A DNA stretch of 17,767 nt from a virus. Taxonomy: Duplodnaviria > Heunggongvirae > Uroviricota > Caudoviricetes. Where the stretch lies: positions 1-17,767 of the IMG/VR virus record IMGVR_UViG_2690316149_000014. One strand, given 5' to 3'. The notes below the pieces were generated by a model, which was not told where the DNA came from, did not search any database, and worked only from the letters and a program-made list of their open reading frames with translations. Positions 1 through 7,205 of this stretch are shown piece after piece; position 1 is the first letter of the stretch; each line of letters begins with the position of its first letter. The translations under genes were made by a program, and so were the position numbers.

Positions 1-1248
1 ATGGCACTGAATATTCCATTCAGAAATGCGTACTATCGTTTTGCATCCAGTTACTCATTTCTCTTTTTTATTTCCTGGTCGCTGTGGTGGTCGTTATACG
101 CTATTTGGCTGAAAGGACATCTAGGGTTGACAGGGACGGAATTAGGTACACTTTATTCGGTCAACCAGTTTACCAGCATTCTATTTATGATGTTCTACGG
201 CATCGTTCAGGATAAACTCGGTCTGAAGAAACCGCTCATCTGGTGTATGAGTTTCATCCTGGTCTTGACCGGACCGTTTATGATTTACGTTTATGAACCG
301 TTACTGCAAAGCAATTTTTCTGTAGGTCTAATTCTGGGGGCGCTATTTTTTGGCTTGGGGTATCTGGCGGGATGCGGTTTGCTTGATAGCTTCACCGAAA
401 AAATGGCGCGAAATTTTCATTTCGAATATGGAACAGCGCGCGCCTGGGGATCTTTTGGCTATGCTATTGGCGCGTTCTTTGCCGGCATATTTTTTAGTAT
501 CAGTCCCCATATCAACTTCTGGTTGGTCTCGCTATTTGGCGCTGTATTTATGATGATCAACATGCGTTTTAAAGATAAGGATCACCAGTGCGTAGCGGCA
601 GATGCGGGAGGGGTAAAAAAAGAGGATTTTATCGCAGTTTTCAAGGATCGAAACTTCTGGGTTTTCGTCATATTTATTGTGGGGACGTGGTCTTTCTATA
701 ACATTTTTGATCAACAACTTTTTCCTGTCTTTTATGCAGGTTTATTCGAATCACACGATGTAGGAACGCGCCTGTATGGTTATCTCAACTCATTCCAGGT
801 GGTACTCGAAGCGCTGTGCATGGCGATTATTCCTTTCTTTGTGAATCGGGTAGGGCCAAAAAATGCATTACTTATCGGAGTTGTGATTATGGCGTTGCGT
901 ATCCTTTCCTGCGCGCTGTTCGTTAACCCCTGGATTATTTCATTAGTGAAGTTGTTACATGCCATTGAGGTTCCACTTTGTGTCATATCCGTCTTCAAAT
1001 ACAGCGTGGCAAACTTTGATAAGCGCCTGTCGTCGACGGTCTTTCTGATTGGTTTTCAAATTGCCAGTTCGCTTGGGATTGTGCTGCTTTCAACGCCGAC
1101 TGGGATACTCTTTGACCACGCAGGCTACCAGACAGTTTTCTTCGCAATTTCGGGTATTGTCTGCCTGATGTTGCTATTTGGCATTTTCTTCTTGAGTAAA
1201 AAACGCGAGCAAATAGTTATGGAAACGCCTGTACCTTCAGCAATATAG
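1..1248 (+). CDS. cscB: Sucrose:H+ symporter, LacY / oligosaccharide:H+ symporter family (CscB-like), 415 aa
   Basis: Full ORF from ATG at base 1 to TAG 1246-1248; polytopic hydrophobic profile typical of 12-TM MFS permeases; recalled similarity to LacY/CscB. Gene symbol rests on recalled identity, not a search. Confidence 0.8.
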   Translation: MALNIPFRNAYYRFASSYSFLFFISWSLWWSLYAIWLKGHLGLTGTELGTLYSVNQFTSILFMMFYGIVQDKLGLKKPLIWCMSFILVLTGPFMIYVYEPLLQSNFSVGLILGALFFGLGYLAGCGLLDSFTEKMARNFHFEYGTARAWGSFGYAIGAFFAGIFFSISPHINFWLVSLFGAVFMMINMRFKDKDHQCVAADAGGVKKEDFIAVFKDRNFWVFVIFIVGTWSFYNIFDQQLFPVFYAGLFESHDVGTRLYGYLNSFQVVLEALCMAIIPFFVNRVGPKNALLIGVVIMALRILSCALFVNPWIISLVKLLHAIEVPLCVISVFKYSVANFDKRLSSTVFLIGFQIASSLGIVLLSTPTGILFDHAGYQTVFFAISGIVCLMLLFGIFFLSKKREQIVMETPVPSAI

Positions 1249-1256
1249 ACGTAAAC

Positions 1257-1301
1257 TTTTTCCGGTTGTTGTCGATAGCTCTATATCCCTCAACCGGAAA
1301 A
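1257..1301. repeat. Perfect 11-bp inverted repeat (TTTTCCGGTTG ... CAACCGGAAAA) with ~23-nt spacer, 9 nt after the cscB stop
   Basis: Seen directly. No T-run follows the stem on either strand, so it is not a canonical intrinsic terminator. Confidence 0.6.
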
Positions 1302-1689
1302 TAATAATAGTAAAATGCTTAGCCCTGCTAATAATCGCCTAATCCAAACGCCTCATTCATGTTCTGGTACAGTCGCTCAAATGTACTTCAGATGCGCGGT
1401 TCGCTGATTTCCAGGACATTGTCGTCATTCAGTGACCTGTCCCGTGTATCACGGTCCTGCGAATTCATCAAGGAATGCATTGCGGAGTGAAGTATCGAGT
1501 CACGCCATATTTCGCTATCAGGATTCTGTGTGATGGTTACATCGCCCGGCTCAGGGCTGTTTAGTCATCAGCGCTTTCTGACAGTGCTGAGATTTCAACC
1601 TGTTGCAGTAAAAATGAGTAGATATAAGGCAAGTGTGCTGCCAAACCCATCTTTTACGGGGTGAAGGTAGATTTCGTTTGAAGGGTATC

Positions 1690-1704
1690 TGGTGTCCCCT
1701 GCAG
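1690..1704 (-). other. Attachment-site core (attR-like): 15-nt copy of the 3' end of tRNA-Arg argW (CTGCAGGGGACACCA on minus strand); chromosome/prophage boundary
   Basis: Plus strand reads TGGTGTCCCCTGCAG, the reverse complement of the recalled argW 3' end. Chromosomal gene (cscB) on the left, phage genes on the right. No intact tRNA is present. Confidence 0.6.
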
Positions 1705-1777
1705 ACATCTACTTGACGAGGCAGGGGATTGATTGGAATGGTGTTTTTTAGATATGAGAAATATTTTACCCGCTATT

Positions 1778-1978
1778 TTACCCATTGGCGCGGCTTAAGA
1801 GCTTATTTTTGAATTCACAATGGTCACGATATAACCATCTTGCTCGCCCGTGGATAACTTTGGCTTTAGGCAGGTCCCCGGACTTAATCCGGTCATAGAT
1901 GAAGGTTTTACCGAAGCCAGTATCGGCCATGATGAATTTCAAATCAACCAGTGAATCAGGCTGTAGTTCGTGTTGCAT
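1778..1978 (-). CDS. torI: Excisionase / recombination directionality factor, AlpA-TorI family, 66 aa
   Basis: 66-aa ORF 73 bp inside the att core; size and basic winged-helix-like sequence (…FGKTFIYDRIKSGDLPKAKVIHGRARW…) match recalled TorI of KplE1. GGAG about 10 nt upstream of the ATG. Confidence 0.7.
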   Translation of the reverse strand: MQHELQPDSLVDLKFIMADTGFGKTFIYDRIKSGDLPKAKVIHGRARWLYRDHCEFKNKLLSRANG

Positions 1979-1997
1979 GAGTGCTATCTCCGAATAG

Positions 1998-2013
1998 GGA
2001 ATCGAACCTGCAA
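1998..2013 (-). other. Second argW-derived block: 16-nt match to the tRNA-Arg T-arm (TTGCAGGTTCGATTCC), contiguous in the tRNA with the 1690-1704 block
   Basis: Plus strand GGAATCGAACCTGCAA is the reverse complement of recalled argW nt 45-60. Lies 20-35 nt upstream of the torI ATG. Confidence 0.55.
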
Positions 2014-2022
2014 ATCAGGCAA

Positions 2023-2044
2023 TAAAAAAACCGCATTGATGCGG
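2023..2044 (-). terminator. Putative intrinsic terminator (minus strand): CCGCA/TGCGG stem followed by a T8 run
   Basis: Plus strand shows A8 then CCGCATTGATGCGG; on the minus strand this is hairpin plus U-run, 60 nt after the stop of the 2104..2475 gene. Confidence 0.45.
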
Positions 2045-2103
2045 CAATGGCAGGTCTGGATATCTTGAGAAATGAACAGGCCTCATCGAGTGTGAGGCTG
2101 TGG

Positions 2104-2475
2104 TTAGTCCTTGCGTAACTCGCTAATTCTTCTGTAAGTCTCTGGTGCTTTGTTTCCGTGTATCTTCATTTCAGACTTCAACAGAGCAACGAGGGAATCC
2201 CATTCGTTGAGGATGCCTTTGAATGCCGGAACGCGCTTTGCAACCTTGTCGAATGAATCTCTGATTTCTGGGATCTGCTCAACAAGTGCAACGCATCGTC
2301 GGAAATCGGCTGCGTCATGTGGAGCGCCGAAGTGATGACCATAGATATTCTTTTTCAGTCCACATGCGATTGAGGCAAGAGTTGCGCTACTGATGCCGAC
2401 ATCGCCAGTCGATTGCCATTTCAAAACCTTCATAGCCAAATCTGACATTTCTTGTCTCCAATAAAAAACCGCCAT
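2104..2475 (-). CDS. Hypothetical phage protein (123 aa from ATG 2475; 114 aa if started at ATG 2448)
   Basis: ATG 2475 overlaps the upstream ORF stop as TGATG (translational coupling); the internal ATG at 2448 has RBS GGAGACAAG. No family recognised. Confidence 0.5.
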   Translation of the reverse strand: MAVFYWRQEMSDLAMKVLKWQSTGDVGISSATLASIACGLKKNIYGHHFGAPHDAADFRRCVALVEQIPEIRDSFDKVAKRVPAFKGILNEWDSLVALLKSEMKIHGNKAPETYRRISELRKD

Positions 2476-2482
2476 CAGGCGG
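2463..2482 (-). terminator. Short terminator-like hairpin (CCGCC-ATCA-GGCGG plus T6 on minus strand) overlapping the 2475 start codon
   Basis: Seen directly; 5-bp GC stem only, so it may simply be coding sequence. Confidence 0.3.
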
Positions 2483-2642
2483 CTTGGTGTTCTTTCAGTT
2501 CTTCAATTCGAATATTGGTTACGTCTGCATGTGCTATCTGCGCCCATATCATCCAGTGGTTATAGCAGTCGTTGATGTCCTCTGCTTCGATAACCCTGTC
2601 GAATGGCTCTCCATTCCATTCACCTGTGACTCGGAAGTGCAT
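2475..2642 (-). CDS. Hypothetical small protein, 55 aa (MHFRVTGEWNGEPFDRV…)
   Basis: Below the 60-aa track cutoff. ATG 2642-2640 preceded by RBS GGAGATGA; stop overlaps the next start (TGATG). Confidence 0.4.
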   Translation of the reverse strand: MHFRVTGEWNGEPFDRVIEAEDINDCYNHWMIWAQIAHADVTNIRIEELKEHQAA

Positions 2643-2714
2643 TTATCATCTCCATAAAACAAAACCCGCCGTAGCGAGTTCAGATAAAAGAAATCCCCGC
2701 GAGTGCGAGGATTG

Positions 2715-2804
2715 TTATTGTCTTTTCTTCGTGCATTTGTCGCACTTTCGGCACCATCCAGATAGGCACATCCGTCCGCAATTAACACATATAGGCCACA
2801 TCAT
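2715..2804 (-). CDS. Cys-rich micro-protein, 29 aa (MMWPICVNCGRMCLSGWCRKCDKCTKKRQ), zinc-ribbon-like
   Basis: Below the track cutoff. RBS AGAGGA; ATG overlaps the upstream stop as ATGA; four CxxC-type pairs. Confidence 0.35.
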   Translation of the reverse strand: MMWPICVNCGRMCLSGWCRKCDKCTKKRQ

Positions 2805-3079
2805 TTTTCCTCTTTTGGTTTATGAATCTGAATGGTCATGCCGCTTTGAGTGGTGACTACAATGACAGAACCAGGCTGAAGACTGTTAAGATTGAATGCT
2901 TCGTAAAACGAATCCAAGGCCAGCGTTTTTTTATTCTTTCGGTTCCACCAACGCCATCCCTTGCTACAGGCTACACTGACAATCCACTGCCCACTCCTGT
3001 AAGCCATATAAAACCAGATGAGCAAAACCTGAAGGAATGCTATCCAGTCAATAATCGTATATTTCGCGAAGGAGTCCAT
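2801..3079 (-). CDS. Hypothetical protein, 92 aa, N-terminal hydrophobic helix
   Basis: Track ORF 2801..3082 begins at GTG; the ATG at 3079 has RBS GAGGTG and overlaps the upstream stop (TGATG). Confidence 0.5.
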   Translation of the reverse strand: MDSFAKYTIIDWIAFLQVLLIWFYMAYRSGQWIVSVACSKGWRWWNRKNKKTLALDSFYEAFNLNSLQPGSVIVVTTQSGMTIQIHKPKEEK

Positions 3080-3945
3080 CACTTCACCTCCTGCTGCGGT
3101 GCTGCTGGCATTTCACGCCAGTGCGTAACTGAGTGCGGATCCGGATATTCAGTGCCATCATCCCAGCGATTGCCATTCCACATTGCAGACCACATCTCAC
3201 CGTCTTCATACATGACCATTACCGGAATTAACTTATCCGGCATTCGCTCACTACAGCTTATCCAACCATCCGGAGTTACCGGAACTTGCGGAATGGCTGT
3301 CTGCTCTCGAACGTCATTAGGCGCTATAGGTTCTGCTGCCAACTGACTGGCATATTTGTTAATGGTAACGATAAGCTCTTGCTCAGCCTCATCCAGACAA
3401 TCACCGATACCTCGCCTGTCACCGTCAAAATCATCGAAATCGGCACGAATCTTGGCAACCTTCAGGATTGCGGACAACACTTCACTAGGAATTACCGGAT
3501 AGTTGGTTGACGTTTCCGCGATTTCCCGAAAATTATTGGTTGACGAATTCTTATTTTCCCGAAAGTTTCCGGACTGAAGCATGGCGGCGCGGCAGGCGTT
3601 CCAGCCTCTCACCTCTGCAATAGCGGCAACAGCATCAACCGCGTACATGCTAAGAGGATTAGGCATTGGTTTTTCTTCCGGTACTACTGGAACGGGGGGA
3701 GCGGCGTAGACCTCAATAATTCCATTATCAATAGGCCATTCTCCATCCTTGAGGTAGTCACTTGTGCCGTCAACTTGCTGTTCTGCAATGTGGAATGCAC
3801 CTATTGGTTTTGCTTCCAGCGATGCCAGAGCAATCCGTGCCAGTTCTTCCGCTTCTTCTGCTGGCAGTACAACGTTGCTACCCGGTCCGTATGTTTCGCG
3901 CCACTGCTTGATTGTCAGCAGTCGCTCTTTGGTTATAGTGGTCAT
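3079..3945 (-). CDS. Phage protein with C-terminal DUF551-like domain, 288 aa
   Basis: C-terminus (…DGWISCSERMPD…VTHWREMPAAP) resembles the recalled DUF551 signature of lambdoid early-region proteins; N-terminal two-thirds unassigned. Confidence 0.65.
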   Translation of the reverse strand: MTTITKERLLTIKQWRETYGPGSNVVLPAEEAEELARIALASLEAKPIGAFHIAEQQVDGTSDYLKDGEWPIDNGIIEVYAAPPVPVVPEEKPMPNPLSMYAVDAVAAIAEVRGWNACRAAMLQSGNFRENKNSSTNNFREIAETSTNYPVIPSEVLSAILKVAKIRADFDDFDGDRRGIGDCLDEAEQELIVTINKYASQLAAEPIAPNDVREQTAIPQVPVTPDGWISCSERMPDKLIPVMVMYEDGEMWSAMWNGNRWDDGTEYPDPHSVTHWREMPAAPQQEVK

Positions 3946-3955
3946 TTGTTATGCC

Positions 3956-4153
3956 TCAATACACGAAATCTGTTTTAAATTCATGGTTACATTCTGGACA
4001 GCATGTTTCGTAACCTTTTATTTCTTCACATGCCTGTTTAGCTCCAGAAAACTCCCAGAAATCTGGATCACAAAGCAGATCGAAATTGTGACCACATTTG
4101 GGACATTCGGTATCAAGTGACAGACTCCAGTAGGCAGTGATGTTTTTATCCAT
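3956..4153 (-). CDS. Small zinc-ribbon-like protein, 65 aa (two CPxCG-type pairs)
   Basis: Track ORF 3956..4186 overlaps the upstream gene; the internal ATG at 4153 has RBS AGGAG and sits 1 nt after the upstream TGA. Motifs CPKCGH…CCPECNH. Confidence 0.55.
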   Translation of the reverse strand: MDKNITAYWSLSLDTECPKCGHNFDLLCDPDFWEFSGAKQACEEIKGYETCCPECNHEFKTDFVY

Positions 4154-4154
4154 A

Positions 4155-4655
4155 TCACTCTCCTTTGATGCGAATGCCTGTTGCAATGCTGTTTATGATG
4201 CTGTCAGTGCATGGGGTAGAAAGCTGGGCATCTCCAGCAATTTTCATGACCTCAACATCTGCATATCGAATACCGAGGTGTATCAGACCGGCTATGCCTG
4301 ACTTAAGCCGAGCATTTTCCATAAATAGAACTTTTGCCCGCTGTTTTTCTGCTTCAAGCTCAACACGCAGCTTCCCTACCGTTAGCGCAATATCCTCGTT
4401 CTCCTGGTCGCGGCGTTTGATGTATTGCTGGTTTCTTTCCAGCTCATCCAGCAGCGCCCGAACTACATCAGCGGTTTTCTGGCACTGGTCAACAATGCTA
4501 ACGTCACAACCAGTATCGAAACCGTCCTCAGTTTCAAAGCGGAGCTCTACAGAGTCGCCGTCGATATCAGATGGTTCGAACCCGGCAATGTTTTCCAGAA
4601 TGCCGATTATGCTTTCTGCGCTATGACGTAATGCGCGTTTGTCGATGTTGCTCAT
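4155..4655 (-). CDS. Hypothetical phage protein, 166 aa, acidic N-terminus and coiled-coil centre
   Basis: RBS GGAGG 7 nt upstream; start overlaps the upstream stop as ATGA. Confidence 0.6.
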   Translation of the reverse strand: MSNIDKRALRHSAESIIGILENIAGFEPSDIDGDSVELRFETEDGFDTGCDVSIVDQCQKTADVVRALLDELERNQQYIKRRDQENEDIALTVGKLRVELEAEKQRAKVLFMENARLKSGIAGLIHLGIRYADVEVMKIAGDAQLSTPCTDSIINSIATGIRIKGE

Positions 4656-4933
4656 TGGGCGGCCTCCGGTATTTTTCTTGCGCTGAATTGAGGTACATGT
4701 TCCATTTCAACCGTGAATACACCTACGCTCTCACCGTCAATGAATAGCTCGATATCCAACGGCCAGTCAGATTCCAAGCCGTCATGATTGTCAAAATAAT
4801 CAAGGGAGGCATCCTGAGACAAGCATTCCAATTCCCACTCAGAAATGAGCTCATCGATGTGTCGAGGATCGAGAAAAAACGCATCCTCAGGAAACGTGCC
4901 TGCATCTCTAACTACGTACTGGATTACGCTCAT
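4652..4933 (-). CDS. Hypothetical acidic protein, 93 aa
   Basis: Track ORF 4652..4987 trimmed to the ATG at 4933, which has RBS AGGAGG and overlaps the upstream stop as ATGA. Confidence 0.55.
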   Translation of the reverse strand: MSVIQYVVRDAGTFPEDAFFLDPRHIDELISEWELECLSQDASLDYFDNHDGLESDWPLDIELFIDGESVGVFTVEMEHVPQFSARKIPEAAQ

Positions 4934-5373
4934 TGGTTGCCTCCTTTGCGAAGCTGGGCAGCAATACTTACGCATATCTCTGCGCATCTAATCAGCCCCG
5001 GAACGTTCTTGTTTGGCCCAACTTCACCATCAACAAAATCAATCATCGCGTTACGAGCCATCTCCACACCCTGCGCCCGCACTTCAGCCAGGAAGGCGTC
5101 GGTGGCTGGGGTTCCCTCTACCACTAACCCTACTGGAGCTAGATATTCTTTCATCCCCGCATTCTCCACAGCCAGCGCCGCGCACTTGGCCTCAAGGTTA
5201 TCAATCGTGATTCCAGCAGAACGACACTCACGCAACGCTGTTTCTAGTTTTGATTCAAGTTCACCGAACTTACGCACCAGATATTCAGCGTTTGTTTCGT
5301 TAACCTTTAAATCACTTGGGATGCATTTACCTTTCAGAAATCCATCCATCTCAATTAGTGACATTTGTTTCAT
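4930..5373 (-). CDS. Hypothetical phage early protein, ~147 aa
   Basis: Track ORF 4930..5391 starts at GTG with no RBS; the ATG at 5373 follows GGAG/GGGAAG. Start uncertain. Confidence 0.55.
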   Translation of the reverse strand: MKQMSLIEMDGFLKGKCIPSDLKVNETNAEYLVRKFGELESKLETALRECRSAGITIDNLEAKCAALAVENAGMKEYLAPVGLVVEGTPATDAFLAEVRAQGVEMARNAMIDFVDGEVGPNKNVPGLIRCAEICVSIAAQLRKGGNQ

Positions 5374-5668
5374 TTCTTCCCACTCCGCCACATCGCATTC
5401 AGATATTTGTTTTGATTCACTGATGCTTAAGAATTTCTCTTAAGCAATTCCTCTCTCGATGGCATTGGCTTTACGCGTTGGCGAATAATCATTTCTGCCG
5501 GAAGAATGCCGGGATTGTATGCAAGACCTCTCATGATTTACTCTCCACGAACTGGTCAATAGCCATGCTAAGTGACACACCTAAAGTCTCGATATGCTGC
5601 TGAATATCCTGTAGCGTCTGCGCCTGAGATAACAGGATTTCACGGTTGCATAACTCTTTAACCAGATG

Positions 5669-5821
5669 CTAAAACTTGCTGTAATAACCGATACGGCTTA
5701 GTGTTTCTTTCCCTGCATTCTCGCCTTCTTTGATAATTCCTCTTTCGCTAAGAATCAGATCGTGTTTTGTTCCGGTAATAACGTATTTTCCGAGGTCGAT
5801 GTTTAGCTTCATTGTTTTCAT
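5669..5821 (-). CDS. Hypothetical small protein, 50 aa
   Basis: Track ORF 5669..5971 overlaps the upstream gene for 140 nt; the internal ATG at 5821 has RBS GAGGAA and sits just after the upstream TGA. Confidence 0.4.
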   Translation of the reverse strand: MKTMKLNIDLGKYVITGTKHDLILSERGIIKEGENAGKETLSRIGYYSKF

Positions 5822-5831
5822 TGTTAATTCC

Positions 5832-6125
5832 TCAGTCATTACTGATAGCGCCATAGCGTGAGCGGTAATTACGCAGGCGCGGGTCGATTTCAGGGAAGTG
5901 GGTATATGTGGCTTTGCGGAATGGTCGGATTGATGTCTGGTAAATTCGCTCTCGTTCTTCTTTCTCTGCAAGCCATATGCAGTGGCGAAACTCCTTTTCC
6001 TCTTTCGTTTCCTGCGGTAGAGACATTATTCGATCGTAGTTTTTTCTGAATTTATCCAGCACCTCCGATACGGAATTGCCGGAACAGCGGCGCGGGTCAT
6101 CCGCACCATATAGAGGCGCTGGCAT
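5832..6125 (-). CDS. Hypothetical phage protein, 97 aa
   Basis: RBS AGGAGAA 5 nt before the ATG at 6125; operon position between the exonuclease and downstream accessory genes. Confidence 0.55.
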   Translation of the reverse strand: MPAPLYGADDPRRCSGNSVSEVLDKFRKNYDRIMSLPQETKEEKEFRHCIWLAEKEERERIYQTSIRPFRKATYTHFPEIDPRLRNYRSRYGAISND

Positions 6126-6141
6126 GGTTTTCTCCTGTTGA

Positions 6142-6690
6142 TTATTTAGCTAACTTTTTCCAGATCGCTGAAACGTATTTGGCTTGGTGGATGGCATCAT
6201 CAAGCGCGTTGTGGCGAGTTCCTTTGAATGGCATATCTCGCTTAGGATCGAATCCTATTACCTTCCCAAGTTCGACGATTGTTCTTACGTCGCGGTCATT
6301 CCACCACTGCCACGGAACTGGCTGCCCTGTCAGCGAATAACTGTTGCGGAGAATAACGCAGTCAAATGATGCTCCATTCCCCCAAACCTGAACGAGTTTG
6401 TGGTTGGCGTTCTTTATGATGAATTCAGATAACCATGAAAGAGCCGTTGAAAGCTCTTGAGTGTTGCTGGTTAGCGATTTTCTGGCTTCTTCACTCTGTT
6501 CCATCCACCATAAAATCGTTGAAGCGTCAGGACGCGCCCGATATCGCATTGATGACTCAAGCGAGATATTTACCGAGAACTCTTCTCCTGTTTCTCCGGT
6601 ATTCGGGTCAAAGAATACCGCCCCAATAGAAATAACTGGCGCATATGGCCCGTTGCCCATTGTTTCAAGGTCAACCATTAAGTGATTCAT
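6142..6690 (-). CDS. 3'-5' exonuclease, DnaQ-like DEDDh family, 182 aa
   Basis: Exo I motif MVDLETMG near the N-terminus and Exo III-like H…ALDDAIHQAKY near the C-terminus; RBS AAGGA. Confidence 0.8.
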   Translation of the reverse strand: MNHLMVDLETMGNGPYAPVISIGAVFFDPNTGETGEEFSVNISLESSMRYRARPDASTILWWMEQSEEARKSLTSNTQELSTALSWLSEFIIKNANHKLVQVWGNGASFDCVILRNSYSLTGQPVPWQWWNDRDVRTIVELGKVIGFDPKRDMPFKGTRHNALDDAIHQAKYVSAIWKKLAK

Positions 6691-6698
6691 GTAAGTCC

Positions 6699-7205
6699 TT
6701 AAATTGCGTGAATAGCGTGACGAGGGAAGGGGAGAGTTACTGGTGCAAAGGGTATATCGTCGTCAAAATCCATCGGAGGTTCGTTGTGTTGTGCTGGTGA
6801 TGATTGCTGCTGTGGTTTCTGTGATTGCCTGCTGGCTGCTTGTTGTTTGCTGTCGCCAATGCCGCCAAGCATTTGCATCACGCCATTAATTCCGACATGA
6901 ACCTCGGTTGTGTAACGGTCTTGCCCTGACTGGTCTTTCCACTTTCTGGTTCTCAGCATTCCCTCGAAATAAACCTGATCACCTTTTTTCACATACTGCC
7001 CCACGACCTCAGCCAGTTTCCCGGATACAGCAACACGATGCCATTCAGTCAATTCCTTTTGCTCGCCAGTATTTTTATCTCGCCATTGTTCTGACGTGGC
7101 TATTGTCAGGTTAGCGAACGCTGTTCCTGATGGTGAGTATCGAACTTCCGGGTCTTGTCCTACCCGACCAAGGATAATCACCTTATTTACGCCTCTGCTT
7201 GCCAT
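6699..7205 (-). CDS. ssb: Single-stranded DNA-binding protein (phage SSB), 168 aa
   Basis: N-terminal OB-fold signature ([23 protein letters not shown]…), Gln/Pro-rich linker and acidic C-terminal tail …MDFDDDIPF. Confidence 0.9.
   Translation of the reverse strand: MASRGVNKVIILGRVGQDPEVRYSPSGTAFANLTIATSEQWRDKNTGEQKELTEWHRVAVSGKLAEVVGQYVKKGDQVYFEGMLRTRKWKDQSGQDRYTTEVHVGINGVMQMLGGIGDSKQQAASRQSQKPQQQSSPAQHNEPPMDFDDDIPFAPVTLPFPRHAIHAI

Noticed and set aside
350-998. Internal and antisense ORFs within cscB (350..553, 532..717, 780..998)
   Set aside because: Nested in the 415-aa permease gene; alternative frames only.
1640-2060. An intact tRNA gene at the attachment site
   Set aside because: Only two short argW-derived blocks (15 and 16 nt) are present; no cloverleaf can be built, so the intact argW must lie at the other prophage end, outside this window.
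1705-2103. An integrase gene next to the excisionase
   Set aside because: No ORF of suitable size and no tyrosine-recombinase motifs anywhere in the window; consistent with the KplE1-type layout in which int lies at the opposite end.
2549-2856. Track ORFs 2549..2788 (minus) and 2572..2856 (plus)
   Set aside because: Wrong frames across a region better explained by two RBS-supported minus-strand micro-ORFs (2475..2642 and 2715..2804).
5429-5533. 34-aa minus-strand ORF with a GGAGAG RBS between the 4930..5391 and 5669..5821 genes
   Set aside because: Too short and featureless to call with confidence without conservation data.
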